A DNA stretch of 64,000 nucleotides from Candidatus Omnitrophota bacterium. Its GTDB lineage: Bacteria; Omnitrophota; Gorgyraeia; Gygaellales; Profunditerraquicolaceae. The notes below the pieces were generated by a model that saw nothing but the letters and a program-made list of their open reading frames with translations, was not told the DNA's origin and did not search any database. Location of the stretch: positions 618,041 to 682,040 of the forward strand of contig JAKLGJ010000001.1 in assembly GCA_022710715.1 (NCBI GenBank), given 5' to 3'. How positions within the stretch are numbered: position 1 is the first letter of the stretch; each line of letters begins with the position of its first letter. The translations under genes and the position numbers were made by a program. This document shows positions 28,010 through 38,276 of the stretch, piece after piece.

Positions 28010-29145
28010 AATTTTAACAATCCCCCCACATACCTGGCGATAGCCGGGCTGGCGGTCAAGCCCGGGGACTCTATTCCGATAAGATTGACGAAACCGGGAA
28101 AACCTTCGGCGCTTTCTTCCTGAATGATAAAATCGCGGAAAGCGTCGTTCTCGGTCTGCAGCTTCGGCCGGATACCGGCGGTATCAGGCACCAGATCCCC
28201 GGCTTCCAGAAAAGGAAGGTAGGTGACGGCGGCAGTCAGAAATCCCTGCGCAGCTGCGGAATCCACGCTATAATCTACGGAATCCCTTTCGATCGGAATA
28301 TGATCGGGACCTAAACGCAGCGCCCCGGCAAGATTGACCGTAGCATGTATCCCCAATCCCAGCAGCGCTGAATGCGGTAATGGATATACCAGCCGGTTGA
28401 CGTATGCGCTTTTCCGGTCGATCACGCGAAAATAGCGGCCTTTCCAGTAGTTGAGCCGGTACTTTTTCCGCTCCACGTCGAAACCGGCCATAGCCGCGAC
28501 CTCGTCGCAGTTGAGTCCGGCGCAATTGACCACGCAGCGGGTGACGAAGTCAAAACGGTCGCCGGCGGCGTCGATCACCCCGATCCGATATCCCTGACCG
28601 GCGCCCTCGCGCCGGATCTCTTTGACTTCGGATTTAAAAGAAACGATGCTGCCGTACGCCTCGGCCTGCTCCAGGAAAACGTTCATCAAACTGTGCGAAT
28701 CGATAATACCGGTTGCAGGGGAATGGATCGCTGCGTGGGCTTTGATATGCGGCTCCATCTCCCGGATTCTCTCGCGGCCGATGATTTCCAGTTCCCGCAC
28801 CCCGTTGCTGCGGCCATTGGCGCAGAGCTTCTCTAAAGGCTCCTCTTCGCTTTTGTCCAGAGCCACGATCAGCTTACCGACGCGCTTGTGCGGGATCCCG
28901 TAGGCGGCGCAGAGTTCATAGAGCAGGCGGTTGCCTTCCACGCACAGCCGGGCTTTCAGCGAATCCCGCGGATAATAGATTCCGGCGTGAATGACTTCGC
29001 TGTTGCGCGAGCTGGTCTCCATGCCGAAAGCGGTATTCTTCTCCACCACCAGCACCGAAGAACAGCGCGACGAGAGGTGCGCTGCTACGGCCAATCCCAC
29101 CACACCGGCCCCGATCACCGTGATTTCAAATCGTTCCATAATCAA
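28006..29145 (-). CDS. FAD-dependent oxidoreductase, L-2-hydroxyglutarate oxidase (LhgO)-like
   Basis: ITVIGAGVVGLAVA FAD motif; SEVIHAGIYYPRDSLKARLCVEGN matches the LhgO signature region. Confidence 0.65.
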   Translation of the reverse strand: MIMERFEITVIGAGVVGLAVAAHLSSRCSSVLVVEKNTAFGMETSSRNSEVIHAGIYYPRDSLKARLCVEGNRLLYELCAAYGIPHKRVGKLIVALDKSEEEPLEKLCANGRSNGVRELEIIGRERIREMEPHIKAHAAIHSPATGIIDSHSLMNVFLEQAEAYGSIVSFKSEVKEIRREGAGQGYRIGVIDAAGDRFDFVTRCVVNCAGLNCDEVAAMAGFDVERKKYRLNYWKGRYFRVIDRKSAYVNRLVYPLPHSALLGLGIHATVNLAGALRLGPDHIPIERDSVDYSVDSAAAQGFLTAAVTYLPFLEAGDLVPDTAGIRPKLQTENDAFRDFIIQEESAEGFPGFVNLIGIESPGLTASPAIARYVGGLLKL

Positions 29146-29156
29146 GCATAGTAACG

Positions 29157-30374
29157 CTACTCGAGCAGTTTTACAAGCGATTTCAGCACCGCGGCTTTAC
29201 CGAAATGCTGCCGGACGTAGGCGCGGCCGCCGTTTCCCCAGTCTGCCAGTTTACTCTTCTGCTCATACATCTGTTTGACCAGCGCCGCGGCCGTTGCGAC
29301 ATCCGCCGAAGTCGCGGACAACCCGCATCCCGCACTGCGGATCAACCCGTGAGCATCGCTTTCTTTGTGCAGGAACGCCAGCACGGGTTTACCCGCAGCC
29401 ATGAATCCCAGGATCTTTCCCGGGACTACCGGGGTCCTGTTCTTCATGCTTAACACAACCAGACCCACATCCGCCGCAGAATTGACCAGGCCGGGATACG
29501 TTCGCGTGTCGACATAGGGTTTAAAGATCACGTTGGCGATGTTCTCTTCTGAAGCGCGGGCGATCAATCGTTTCTTCTCCGAGCCGTCCCCCACGAATAA
29601 GAACCTGATCGCCGGGAAATCCCGGACTCTTTTGGCCAGGTCAAGGATAAAATCAAGGTCCTGCGAGGGGCCCATCACTCCGGAAAAAAGAAAGACAAAC
29701 GCATTCTGAAGCCCGTAAGCCGCGCGGTAATCCGGCGCGCCTTCGTGAGCGACGAAGGATTCCGTATCGATCCAGTTCGGGATAAAGTGTATTTTCGAAG
29801 CAGCCACCCCTTTTCGCTCTATCAAAAAGCGCACGCTGGATTCGGTATGCGCGGTCAGCACATCGCCGGCCGCATAGGCCTGCGCTTCCATCTTTTCAAA
29901 ATACCGGATCAGCGCTCCGGCTTTCAAAATCCCCAGGTCAACGGCATTCTGCGGGAAGATATCCTGTATATTCAGCATAAACCGGCAGCCGCAGAGCCGT
30001 TTCAACTTTTTTCCCACCAGCGCCAGGGGCAAAGGCGGGCTATACACGATCACCCAGTCGATCCGCTCTTTGACCTGTTTGCGGATCGCCCGCGTAAAAA
30101 GTCCGGGCATGAGCAGCTGGGAAATCCCCCGGATAATGAAACTGCGCTTATACCCGGGGAGATTGCGCACGCGGATACACTTCACCCCCATCTCTTCGCT
30201 CGCCGCCGGCAGCGAGGCCGGCCGGACCCCTTCAGCGACATGCATGCTCGGCCAGGAGGTGACTACCGTGACCCGGTGCCCCGCGCCTGCCAGTTCGCGC
30301 GCCAGTTCCTGCATCATCAGGGAAATTGCGCGTATCTCCGGCGGATAGGTGACGGTCACCAGCACGATGTTCAT
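29157..30374 (-). CDS. GT4 glycosyltransferase (WbuB-like)
   Basis: GT-B fold with C-terminal Glycos_transf_1 region (FLFVGDGSEKKRL...GKILGFMAAGKPVLA). Confidence 0.8.
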   Translation of the reverse strand: MNIVLVTVTYPPEIRAISLMMQELARELAGAGHRVTVVTSWPSMHVAEGVRPASLPAASEEMGVKCIRVRNLPGYKRSFIIRGISQLLMPGLFTRAIRKQVKERIDWVIVYSPPLPLALVGKKLKRLCGCRFMLNIQDIFPQNAVDLGILKAGALIRYFEKMEAQAYAAGDVLTAHTESSVRFLIERKGVAASKIHFIPNWIDTESFVAHEGAPDYRAAYGLQNAFVFLFSGVMGPSQDLDFILDLAKRVRDFPAIRFLFVGDGSEKKRLIARASEENIANVIFKPYVDTRTYPGLVNSAADVGLVVLSMKNRTPVVPGKILGFMAAGKPVLAFLHKESDAHGLIRSAGCGLSATSADVATAAALVKQMYEQKSKLADWGNGGRAYVRQHFGKAAVLKSLVKLLE

Positions 30375-31510
30375 CTGGACACTGCGCCTTTCTTCTGCTC
30401 AAGAGTATCCTGGAAAATCCTGATCAACTCTACGGCCGTGGTCTTCCAGCTGAACGACGCCGCCCGGCGGAAAGCCGCATCCTTGAGCCGGCTGCGCAGC
30501 GTCTGGTCCTGCAACACGCTTTTGAGTTTAGCCGCGATATCCGGCGGATTATCCGGAACAAAATATACCGCCGCCTGAAAGCAGATCTCCGGCATCGGCG
30601 GGCTGAACGAAGCGGCTATGGGTAAGCGGTTGGCCATGGCTTCCAGCAGAGTTTGCGGGCACGCTTCCAGTGTCGAAGGGAACACGAACGCCTCTGCCCG
30701 GGCGTACAGAGCGGCCAGTTCTTCGTGGCGCAGCAGCCCGGTGCAGACAACCTTATTCTGCAAACCGTTGCGCCGGATAAACGACCGGACGCGGCGGAAA
30801 TACCCTTGGTCCAGGACTCCGCCGGCCATGACCAGCCGGGGCGCTGCCGGATCGGCGTCGCACAGGAGCTTGTACCCTTTGACCAGATTCAGCTGATTGG
30901 CGTAGGCCACGAACTTGGAGGCGGTCAGGATATACCGCTGATCATCGGCGAGACCCGGATTGACCGGCGCGGGTTCCGGTTCCGGCCTGCCGTTATACAC
31001 CACAAAGGTTTTACGCGCTGCGCCCGGCGCAACCTCGACAACCCTCTTTTTGACCGCTTGCGAAACCGCCACAATTACATCCGCGCGACGTATGGAAAGG
31101 ACGGTATTGAGCCGGCGGAACCAGGAAAAGAAATCCAGCCGCCAATCATTGCGGTAGCGTTGAAAACACAACGGCTCCATATTCCGGATAGAGGTGATCA
31201 GCGTACACCGGGCTCCGAAAACCGCGGCGTTCTTCGCGGTGAAAAGGATATCCGCTCCGATCTTCTCTAACTCGCCGGGAAGCACCAGTTGTTCCCAGAG
31301 ATGCCGCAGCAATGCCAGCCGGGCGTTGAACCTGATCTGGTGAAAAACGAAATTTGCCTGGCGGACCTGGTCGCACAGAGGGTGGCCGGCCGGTATAAAA
31401 AGATGATATTCGTTGCGTTTATCCACTGCCGCCAGCGCCGGGATCAAATTGCGGAAATAGGTCACTCCGCCGTAACTCAAACCTGACAAAAGGGTCAGCG
31501 CTATCTTCAT
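30371..31510 (-). CDS. GT4 glycosyltransferase
   Basis: C-terminal EAFVFPSTLEACPQTLLEAMANRLPIAA EX7E-like motif. Confidence 0.8.
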   Translation of the reverse strand: MKIALTLLSGLSYGGVTYFRNLIPALAAVDKRNEYHLFIPAGHPLCDQVRQANFVFHQIRFNARLALLRHLWEQLVLPGELEKIGADILFTAKNAAVFGARCTLITSIRNMEPLCFQRYRNDWRLDFFSWFRRLNTVLSIRRADVIVAVSQAVKKRVVEVAPGAARKTFVVYNGRPEPEPAPVNPGLADDQRYILTASKFVAYANQLNLVKGYKLLCDADPAAPRLVMAGGVLDQGYFRRVRSFIRRNGLQNKVVCTGLLRHEELAALYARAEAFVFPSTLEACPQTLLEAMANRLPIAASFSPPMPEICFQAAVYFVPDNPPDIAAKLKSVLQDQTLRSRLKDAAFRRAASFSWKTTAVELIRIFQDTLEQKKGAVSR

Positions 31511-32973
31511 TTTTTGAGCCATGAGAACACCTTCCGCGCATCCAGCAGAAAAAGTCCGGGATTCTTCGCGTAGCCGCGGGTCAAAGCGCGCTTGAGCAAT
31601 ACGCGGGGAGAACTGTTATAGGCGTGCACGCTTTGCAGGATCTCACGGGAAAGTGCGGAGAAACGCTGCGGCGGGATCGTATCCGTTCCGCGGGAGGCCG
31701 GGCTCTGATGAGAATACAGAGCGTAATCCGGATGCTCCGGGATCATCCCTTTCTCCCGGGCCAGATCGAACAGAGGCGTGCCGGGATACGGCGTAAAAAT
31801 GCTGATATTGGCCCAGTCCGGCCGCACTTCCCGCATGAAACGCACGGTATCGCGCACTTCCTGCTCGGTCTCGGTGGGGAACCCGAACATGAAGAAACCC
31901 GACCAGAACATCCCGTTGCGCCGCAGGATCCCGACCGCCTGCCGGATCTGTTCAAGGGTGATATCTTTACGGATCAGCCCCAGGACACGGGGATTGCCGG
32001 ATTCGATACCGATATCGATCTTGGTGCAGCCGGCTTTTTTCATCAAGCGGATGATCTCGTCGCTGACCATGTCCACCCGGGTCAAACAGCTCCAGGTCAA
32101 CCCGCGCGCTTCTTCGCGCAACGCCGCGCACAGCGCTTTAACCCGTTCTTTGTTCACGGTGAACGAATCGTCCATAAAAGTCACATTCTGCACTCCGTGC
32201 TGCCTGCGGATATGCCTGATCTCCCCCATCAGGTTAGCCACGGAACGATAACGCACTCGCCGCGTCCACATATTCTGCGAAGAACAGAATCCGCAGCGGT
32301 ACGGGCAGCCGCGCGACCCCATGACCATATTCAACTGGACAGGCGTATAGGTCGCCAGATCGAGAAGAGCGTCGCGCGCAGCCATGGGCAAAGCGTCAAG
32401 ATCGCCGATCAATCCCCGTTGCGCATTATGCACTATCCTGCCCGCGCTCTTATACGACAACCCGGCAATGGCGCCGAAGTTTTTTGCGTTCCCGGCGAGC
32501 GCCGTCAGCAATTCCGAAAAGGTTTCTTCTCCCTCTCCTCTTACCGCGAAATCTATTTCCGCCGCTCCCAGTATCTGATCGGCGAGCAATGTCGGGTGTT
32601 GCCCGCCGGCAACCACCACCAGCCCGGGCGCGATCCTGCGGGCAAGCGCTGCGATCTTGAGCGCGGAAGGAACTTTGGGGGTCATGATGCTGATACCCAG
32701 GACGTCCGGCTTGAAAGCGGCGATCACTCCGGAAACTTCCTGCCACACCGGATGCGCATCCGTCTCCAGCGCCTGCTTGTAACGGTTGAACTGTTCGGAA
32801 AACTTCACGATCGAGGCGTACTGCGCCTGCGGGTCGTGCTCGGCATGATACACCGCCACCGCATGTCCCCGCGCGCGACAGGCAGCGGCGATACTGGCCA
32901 GCCCCATAGGGTACCATTCGCAGCGAAAACCCGCAAACCGTTCATAGGGAGGTTCAACGAGTAATATTTTCAT
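31507..32973 (-). CDS. B12-binding-domain radical SAM enzyme (class B radical SAM, probable methyltransferase)
   Basis: N-terminal cobalamin-binding-like region MKILLVEPPYERF...GISIMTP and the CxxxCxxC motif GCPYRCGFCSS. Start ATG at 32973 overlaps the AsnB stop (ATGA). Confidence 0.8.
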   Translation of the reverse strand: MKILLVEPPYERFAGFRCEWYPMGLASIAAACRARGHAVAVYHAEHDPQAQYASIVKFSEQFNRYKQALETDAHPVWQEVSGVIAAFKPDVLGISIMTPKVPSALKIAALARRIAPGLVVVAGGQHPTLLADQILGAAEIDFAVRGEGEETFSELLTALAGNAKNFGAIAGLSYKSAGRIVHNAQRGLIGDLDALPMAARDALLDLATYTPVQLNMVMGSRGCPYRCGFCSSQNMWTRRVRYRSVANLMGEIRHIRRQHGVQNVTFMDDSFTVNKERVKALCAALREEARGLTWSCLTRVDMVSDEIIRLMKKAGCTKIDIGIESGNPRVLGLIRKDITLEQIRQAVGILRRNGMFWSGFFMFGFPTETEQEVRDTVRFMREVRPDWANISIFTPYPGTPLFDLAREKGMIPEHPDYALYSHQSPASRGTDTIPPQRFSALSREILQSVHAYNSSPRVLLKRALTRGYAKNPGLFLLDARKVFSWLKK

Positions 32974-34868
32974 GAGCGCACATTCTTCTTCAGCCAGGAT
33001 AACAACACGTAGACGGCCCAGGGCCTGGACCAGGATAAACCGGGTTGATGGTTTTTGAAGAGTTCCCACAGCCGGCGGCATTGCCCGATGTTCACACCCA
33101 GTTCTTCGGCTTGTTCGAACCCATAGAGCTGCTCATCTATCGGCTGTTTGAGCCGGTCGCGCATCCAGATTTCCCAGGGGAAGACAAATCCCATCTTGGG
33201 GCGCCGGAAGAGCTCGGGAGGCAGCATGTCCGCCATTGCCCGGCGCAAAAGATATTTCGCCGGACGCCGCGCTTTGATCGCCGGACAGACCTGCGCTATC
33301 GCGGCTACAAGCTCATGATCGAGGAACGGCACGCGCACTTCCAGGGCGTGGCTGTTACTCATGAAATCGCAATCGCGCAAGAGCATGTTTGCCAGATAAC
33401 CGCGCATCTCGAGCAAAGAAACGGCGGAAAAAAGATCCAGTCCCCGCACCTGCCCGCGCAGGCTTTCGGCCACGGCGTCCTGAATACCTGAACGCGGCCC
33501 CCTGCTCGCTCCATCTGCCAAAAGCGCATGCCTGGCTGCCGGAGAGAACAGCTGACGCAACACCGCATAAAGTTCAACCGGATCGGCTTTTGCCTGGAGT
33601 ATCCCGATGGTTTTGACTGTGCCCACCCGGAACATATCTTTACCCCCGGGCAGACGCCAGAACGGCAACCAGCCTGCCGCGGCGGAAAACAAACGCGCCC
33701 AAAACATGCGCTGGAAAGTGGAATAACCGCCGAATACCTCATCCCCGCCCTGACCGGAAAGCACGACTTTGATTCCTCTTTGACGGACTGCCTGCGAGAT
33801 GAAATAAACGTTGATCCCGTCAATAGTCGGCTGATCCATGGCTGCGATTGCCCGGGGAATGATCTTGAGCACATCGTCCTGGCTGGCCTGTATCCGGGTA
33901 TGCTCCGGACAATAGCGGCCGGCTACAAGTTGAGAATACCTGGCTTCGGAGAATCTATCCTCGGCGAAAACGACGGAGAAAGAACGCAGTCCGGCTTTGA
34001 GCGTGCCGTTGGCCAGCGCGGCGATAGAGCTGGAATCGATGCCGCCGCTCAAAAACAGCCCTACAGGCACGTCGGAAACCAGATGCGCTTCAACGCTCTC
34101 GAGCAGACGTGCCTGGACCAGCGCGACGGCTTCCCGCGGGTCGGTGATCGAACCCCTCTCTTCATCCGCAAACGGCTGCCAGTAGCTTTGAATCCGGCAG
34201 GTACCGGATTTCAGATCAAAAATCAGCAGCGTTCCGGGCAGCAAAACACGCACATCCCGGATCATGGTCAGGGGCGCCTGTACGGCGCCAAAAGCCAGGT
34301 AGGAATCTACCGCCAGAGGATCGATCTGCCGCGCCACCAGCCCGCTGGCCAGCACCGATCGCAACTCGGAGGCGAAAACGAAATGTGCGGCAGGCGAGCA
34401 CGAATAATAGAACGGTTTGATCCCGAAGCGGTCCACGGCGCAGAAGACCACCTCCCGCTGGGTATCAAGCAAAGCGAAAGCGAACATCCCGCGCAGCTTC
34501 TCAAGGCAGCCGGCCGCCCATTCCTGATAGGCGGCGATGATCACTTCGGAATCGGAATGCGAAACGAATTCGTACCCTTTTTCTTCCAGCTCGCTGCGCA
34601 GCTGGCGGTAATTATATATTTCTCCGTTATAGGTCAGCCGGAAGCGCTGCTGTCGATCAGCCATTGGCTGGTGGCCGGAAGCAGTGGTATCGATGATCGC
34701 CAGCCGCCGGTGCGCCAGGCCGCATTCCCACTCCTGATTCCCCGCACACGCAAGTACATCCATCCCCCGGTCGTCCGGCCCGCGATGCGCCAGAGCCGCG
34801 GACATCGCCTCCAGCCGCGATTTCTCGAATAATCTTTTTTTTGCGATTATACCGGCTATTCCGCACAT
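32970..34868 (-). CDS. Asparagine synthase (glutamine-hydrolysing) family amidotransferase (WbpS-like)
   Basis: MCGIAGI N-terminal Cys nucleophile, HRGPDD, SGGIDSS PP-loop; 632 aa. Confidence 0.9.
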   Translation of the reverse strand: MCGIAGIIAKKRLFEKSRLEAMSAALAHRGPDDRGMDVLACAGNQEWECGLAHRRLAIIDTTASGHQPMADRQQRFRLTYNGEIYNYRQLRSELEEKGYEFVSHSDSEVIIAAYQEWAAGCLEKLRGMFAFALLDTQREVVFCAVDRFGIKPFYYSCSPAAHFVFASELRSVLASGLVARQIDPLAVDSYLAFGAVQAPLTMIRDVRVLLPGTLLIFDLKSGTCRIQSYWQPFADEERGSITDPREAVALVQARLLESVEAHLVSDVPVGLFLSGGIDSSSIAALANGTLKAGLRSFSVVFAEDRFSEARYSQLVAGRYCPEHTRIQASQDDVLKIIPRAIAAMDQPTIDGINVYFISQAVRQRGIKVVLSGQGGDEVFGGYSTFQRMFWARLFSAAAGWLPFWRLPGGKDMFRVGTVKTIGILQAKADPVELYAVLRQLFSPAARHALLADGASRGPRSGIQDAVAESLRGQVRGLDLFSAVSLLEMRGYLANMLLRDCDFMSNSHALEVRVPFLDHELVAAIAQVCPAIKARRPAKYLLRRAMADMLPPELFRRPKMGFVFPWEIWMRDRLKQPIDEQLYGFEQAEELGVNIGQCRRLWELFKNHQPGLSWSRPWAVYVLLSWLKKNVRS

Positions 34869-34882
34869 GCGATCATAGTGTG

Positions 34883-35728
34883 TTAACCCTTGCTTTCGGG
34901 CTTATGCGAGAGATGGACCAGCATGAAGTTGCCGAAGCCCAGGCAGCGCAGGAAGAAATTCAAAATCAGTTGCGCCTCGGCAAAAAACCGTCCGAGATAC
35001 TTTTCCGGCCCCATCTTCTGATGATCAAAGACCACCTGCTGCCGGTGCGAAATGAACGGCATGTAATCCCTGGGCAGCCAGAGAAAGGTTTTTGATCTGA
35101 TCTGAATGGAACGGGGCAGCGCCGCAAAAGATTTCCTGGTCAAACGGTCCGGACGATACCCCGCACCTTCCCCTTCCGCCCTGCGCGCCAGGTTCAATCT
35201 GGCCAGGAAATTGAGGAAAGGATTCGTGGTCGGCTCGACAATAATAACGTTCTCGAACGTCTCTGTCAGGCTGGACACGAGAGCGTCTATCCGGTTGCAG
35301 TGATGCAGACACAGGAAGGCGACTGCGCAGAACGCGCGCGCGCGGGGAGAAAAAGCCAGATTATTGAAACTGCAGGAAAACACCAGATCAGGCTGCGCGG
35401 CCCCGTAATTCCGGAACACCGCCGGTATGAGACGAAGTTCGAATTCCGACAGGTCGGTCACCACGCACTTTTTGCACGCAGGATAGTGCGCGCGTATATA
35501 TGCCGCCTCGTTGCCTGACCCCGAGCCGATAAAAACCAGGTTCCGGTAGCCCCCGGCGCGAATGACCTTGAGCACCTCATCATATAAATGGCGCAGGAAA
35601 CGGGAATCATACGGATGAGAATACCGCAGTTTAAACGACTGCAGCTTGACATTCGCCGGCTTGAACAGGTTATTGTCCCGGCTTTCCGCCAATTCGGTAC
35701 GTTCTATGGAACGAGTAAACTCGTTCAT
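34883..35728 (-). CDS. Hypothetical protein, possible class I SAM-methyltransferase fold
   Basis: NLVFIGSGSGNEA glycine-rich loop followed by an acidic VTDLS. No other recognisable family signature. Confidence 0.4.
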   Translation of the reverse strand: MNEFTRSIERTELAESRDNNLFKPANVKLQSFKLRYSHPYDSRFLRHLYDEVLKVIRAGGYRNLVFIGSGSGNEAAYIRAHYPACKKCVVTDLSEFELRLIPAVFRNYGAAQPDLVFSCSFNNLAFSPRARAFCAVAFLCLHHCNRIDALVSSLTETFENVIIVEPTTNPFLNFLARLNLARRAEGEGAGYRPDRLTRKSFAALPRSIQIRSKTFLWLPRDYMPFISHRQQVVFDHQKMGPEKYLGRFFAEAQLILNFFLRCLGFGNFMLVHLSHKPESKG

Positions 35729-36693
35729 GCCTTTTTCTTCCCCCTCGCAACGAGACCGTTGTAGCCCTTTTCAACGCTGACCGCCGTTAGACCGGCGCGA
35801 GCGAACCAGCGCTCGACGCTGCCGCTGGTTTGCGGAAGGTCAAACGCCGGAGCGTACATATCGAAGGTATCCAGCAGCGCCCATTCGCGATTCAGCTCCG
35901 CGGACAGGCCGAGATGACTGTATTCAGCGATAGGCAGTAATCTGGCTCCCAGCGGCCCCAGCATTTTTCGAAAAACGGCAGCCGGAACGATCATCCGGTC
36001 CACCCATTTTTCCATCAACGCGTATAATCTCTGCCGGTCCATCCTCCTGAACAGCGGCCGCAGGAGATATTTCCAGTGCATCAAAGAAACCAACGATTTT
36101 CTGTAAACATCGATCACGATCTGGCCGCCGGGCTTGAGATACTGCGCCAGGCCGGCGAACGCCGCAGACGGATCAGGAGTATGCTGCAATACCCCCAGAC
36201 AGAGAACCTTATCGAAAGAACCTTTTTCCAGAGGTATATGATAGATGTCGGCCTGAAAAAGCAGAAGATTTGATGCCTGACCGTTATTCTCCCGGTTGGC
36301 GTCAACTGCCCGGCTATAGTCGAAAGAATACACCTCGGCGCCGGTCTCCAGCAGTATCTGGGTGAACCTGCCTGCGCCGGAACCGGCTTCGAGCACCCGC
36401 TGGCCGCGCAGATCCTGCGGCCACCCGGTCTGGGCGAACAGCCTGTCCCGGGAAAAATGGAAACCGTTGAATTTATCGAGCTGCGCTTTGCGATGGCGAT
36501 TCCATTGCAGTCCGAACGAATCGCAGTAATTCCCGGGCTCCACGAAACGCGGTATGCCGTTGACGACCGGGAACTCCCGCCGGCAAGACGCACATTTCGG
36601 AAAATCGCGAACGTCGGTCAAACCGCCGCCGCACCGGGGGCAGCGAAAAATATCGCGGCTGTCCGCCGTTGTTTCAGTTCCCTGCGCGTTCAT
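35725..36693 (-). CDS. Class I SAM-dependent methyltransferase with N-terminal Trm112-like zinc ribbon
   Basis: CPRCGG...CASC at the N-terminus; VLEAGSGAGRF motif I; ADIYH; 322 aa. Confidence 0.75.
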   Translation of the reverse strand: MNAQGTETTADSRDIFRCPRCGGGLTDVRDFPKCASCRREFPVVNGIPRFVEPGNYCDSFGLQWNRHRKAQLDKFNGFHFSRDRLFAQTGWPQDLRGQRVLEAGSGAGRFTQILLETGAEVYSFDYSRAVDANRENNGQASNLLLFQADIYHIPLEKGSFDKVLCLGVLQHTPDPSAAFAGLAQYLKPGGQIVIDVYRKSLVSLMHWKYLLRPLFRRMDRQRLYALMEKWVDRMIVPAAVFRKMLGPLGARLLPIAEYSHLGLSAELNREWALLDTFDMYAPAFDLPQTSGSVERWFARAGLTAVSVEKGYNGLVARGKKKA

Positions 36694-38272
36694 AGAGATA
36701 ATATGCTCCGTCAGTGGCGACCTGTTTCCATTGCCGGGTATCTGCGGCTATGGAAGCGAATTCGCTCTCATCGATAAAAGCCGGGCTCCGGCTGGAGAGG
36801 CCGTTATTGGTCGAGTCAAACAGGATATAGTCGGCGGTATACGCGCCGTCTTTGCTGGTCAGCATGGGAAAGAGCATCACGCCTTTCTGGCGATACAGCC
36901 GCGGAGCCAGGAATTGTTGCGTGGAAACGATCGCGTTTTCGGGAATACGTTCGACGAAACGGTTAACCGCGAGATGATGGCCGGTAACGGCATACGCGGA
37001 ATAGTGAAAATTCTGGGTGCGAAACGGCGCCGGCCGCACCCGGGCAAACCAGAATTGCAATGACAGCGGCGATGGTCCGAAAAAGACGCCCGCGGTAATC
37101 ACCGCGGCCAGCAATGAAAAAGCCAGAGCGTAAGAAGTTTTTTTCAGGGAGGCATCCCCCCGCTGCCAGCGCCGCACCGATAGCACGAGCCGGGGGAACG
37201 CTTTGATCGATGCATAGATGATGAAAGCGATCCCGGGCGAAAGATAATACAGCATATACGACGAGTGCACCGTGGATTCGCTCAATAAACCGATGGCTGC
37301 CTGCGGCAGGAAAGGCACCAGCGCGGACAGCGCAAACAAAGGCGCCCCGGCCAGAGGGACAAAGAACATGGCGATGTTCATCAGTTTTACCCCGCCCAGC
37401 ATGCGCACCAGCGTCTGCGCGGGATGCGACACCATATATCCGGCGACGTCGGCCATCGACGTCCCCATGCCGCTGAAGGATCCCATGGCGATATGGGCAT
37501 ACTCGCCCGCGCGAAACGCCGGCATGACCAGCCGGGTAATGATCAAAAATCCGCCGAGTCCGGCAAGAGCGGTCGCTATGCCGGTTAAGCGGCGACGGGA
37601 CCAGATACTGGCATAGAGACCGAAGAAAAAAACGGTTAATCCCACCTCTTCCCTGACCAGGACCGCGGCCGCAACCATTACCCAGTACAGGAGATTCTTT
37701 CTGGCTTCCCAGGCATAGAGCATCCAGAGAAAAACGGGAATACAGAACCGCAGCATTTCGAATTCATACAGCACGGTATACTGAAAGGTGGGATACCAGA
37801 GCAAGAGCGCCACGACTGCCCGGGTGAGTATCCGGTCTTTGAGCATGACCCTGGCCAGCTTATACAGAGGGATCGCCGCCGAAAACAGTAACACCGTATT
37901 CAGCAGGATAAGCGTGACCGCCGACGGGACAAGGAAAAACGCGCCGCCCAGCAGATAAATACCCGGGACAAAATGCACGGAAAAATAATTCGCGGTGCCG
38001 GGGGCGAAGAACGCATGACTGAAACTCACCGGCAGGCCGTACACCGACAGCGCATGCAACAGGCTCAACCAGTGGGAAAAATCCGCATACAGATGTAAAG
38101 AGAAATATTTACCGAGCTGCGCCAGGGGGATATACAGCGCTGCGATGAAAACGGCCGACGTTACCCTGCGCAGCCTGACAGCGCCGCGCCCGGCGCCGCA
38201 GCGCAACGCTGCCGCCGCCGCCGCAAAAACCGCGACGACCCCCAGACCATAATACGCGATCAACGCTTTCAC
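36674..38272 (-). CDS. Large polytopic membrane protein (DUF2079-like/GT-C-like; putative membrane glycosyltransferase or polymerase)
   Basis: 532 aa with at least 12 hydrophobic segments and a periplasmic C-terminal domain. Confidence 0.5.
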   Translation of the reverse strand: MKALIAYYGLGVVAVFAAAAAALRCGAGRGAVRLRRVTSAVFIAALYIPLAQLGKYFSLHLYADFSHWLSLLHALSVYGLPVSFSHAFFAPGTANYFSVHFVPGIYLLGGAFFLVPSAVTLILLNTVLLFSAAIPLYKLARVMLKDRILTRAVVALLLWYPTFQYTVLYEFEMLRFCIPVFLWMLYAWEARKNLLYWVMVAAAVLVREEVGLTVFFFGLYASIWSRRRLTGIATALAGLGGFLIITRLVMPAFRAGEYAHIAMGSFSGMGTSMADVAGYMVSHPAQTLVRMLGGVKLMNIAMFFVPLAGAPLFALSALVPFLPQAAIGLLSESTVHSSYMLYYLSPGIAFIIYASIKAFPRLVLSVRRWQRGDASLKKTSYALAFSLLAAVITAGVFFGPSPLSLQFWFARVRPAPFRTQNFHYSAYAVTGHHLAVNRFVERIPENAIVSTQQFLAPRLYRQKGVMLFPMLTSKDGAYTADYILFDSTNNGLSSRSPAFIDESEFASIAADTRQWKQVATDGAYYLYERAGN

Positions 38273-38276
38273 GGTA

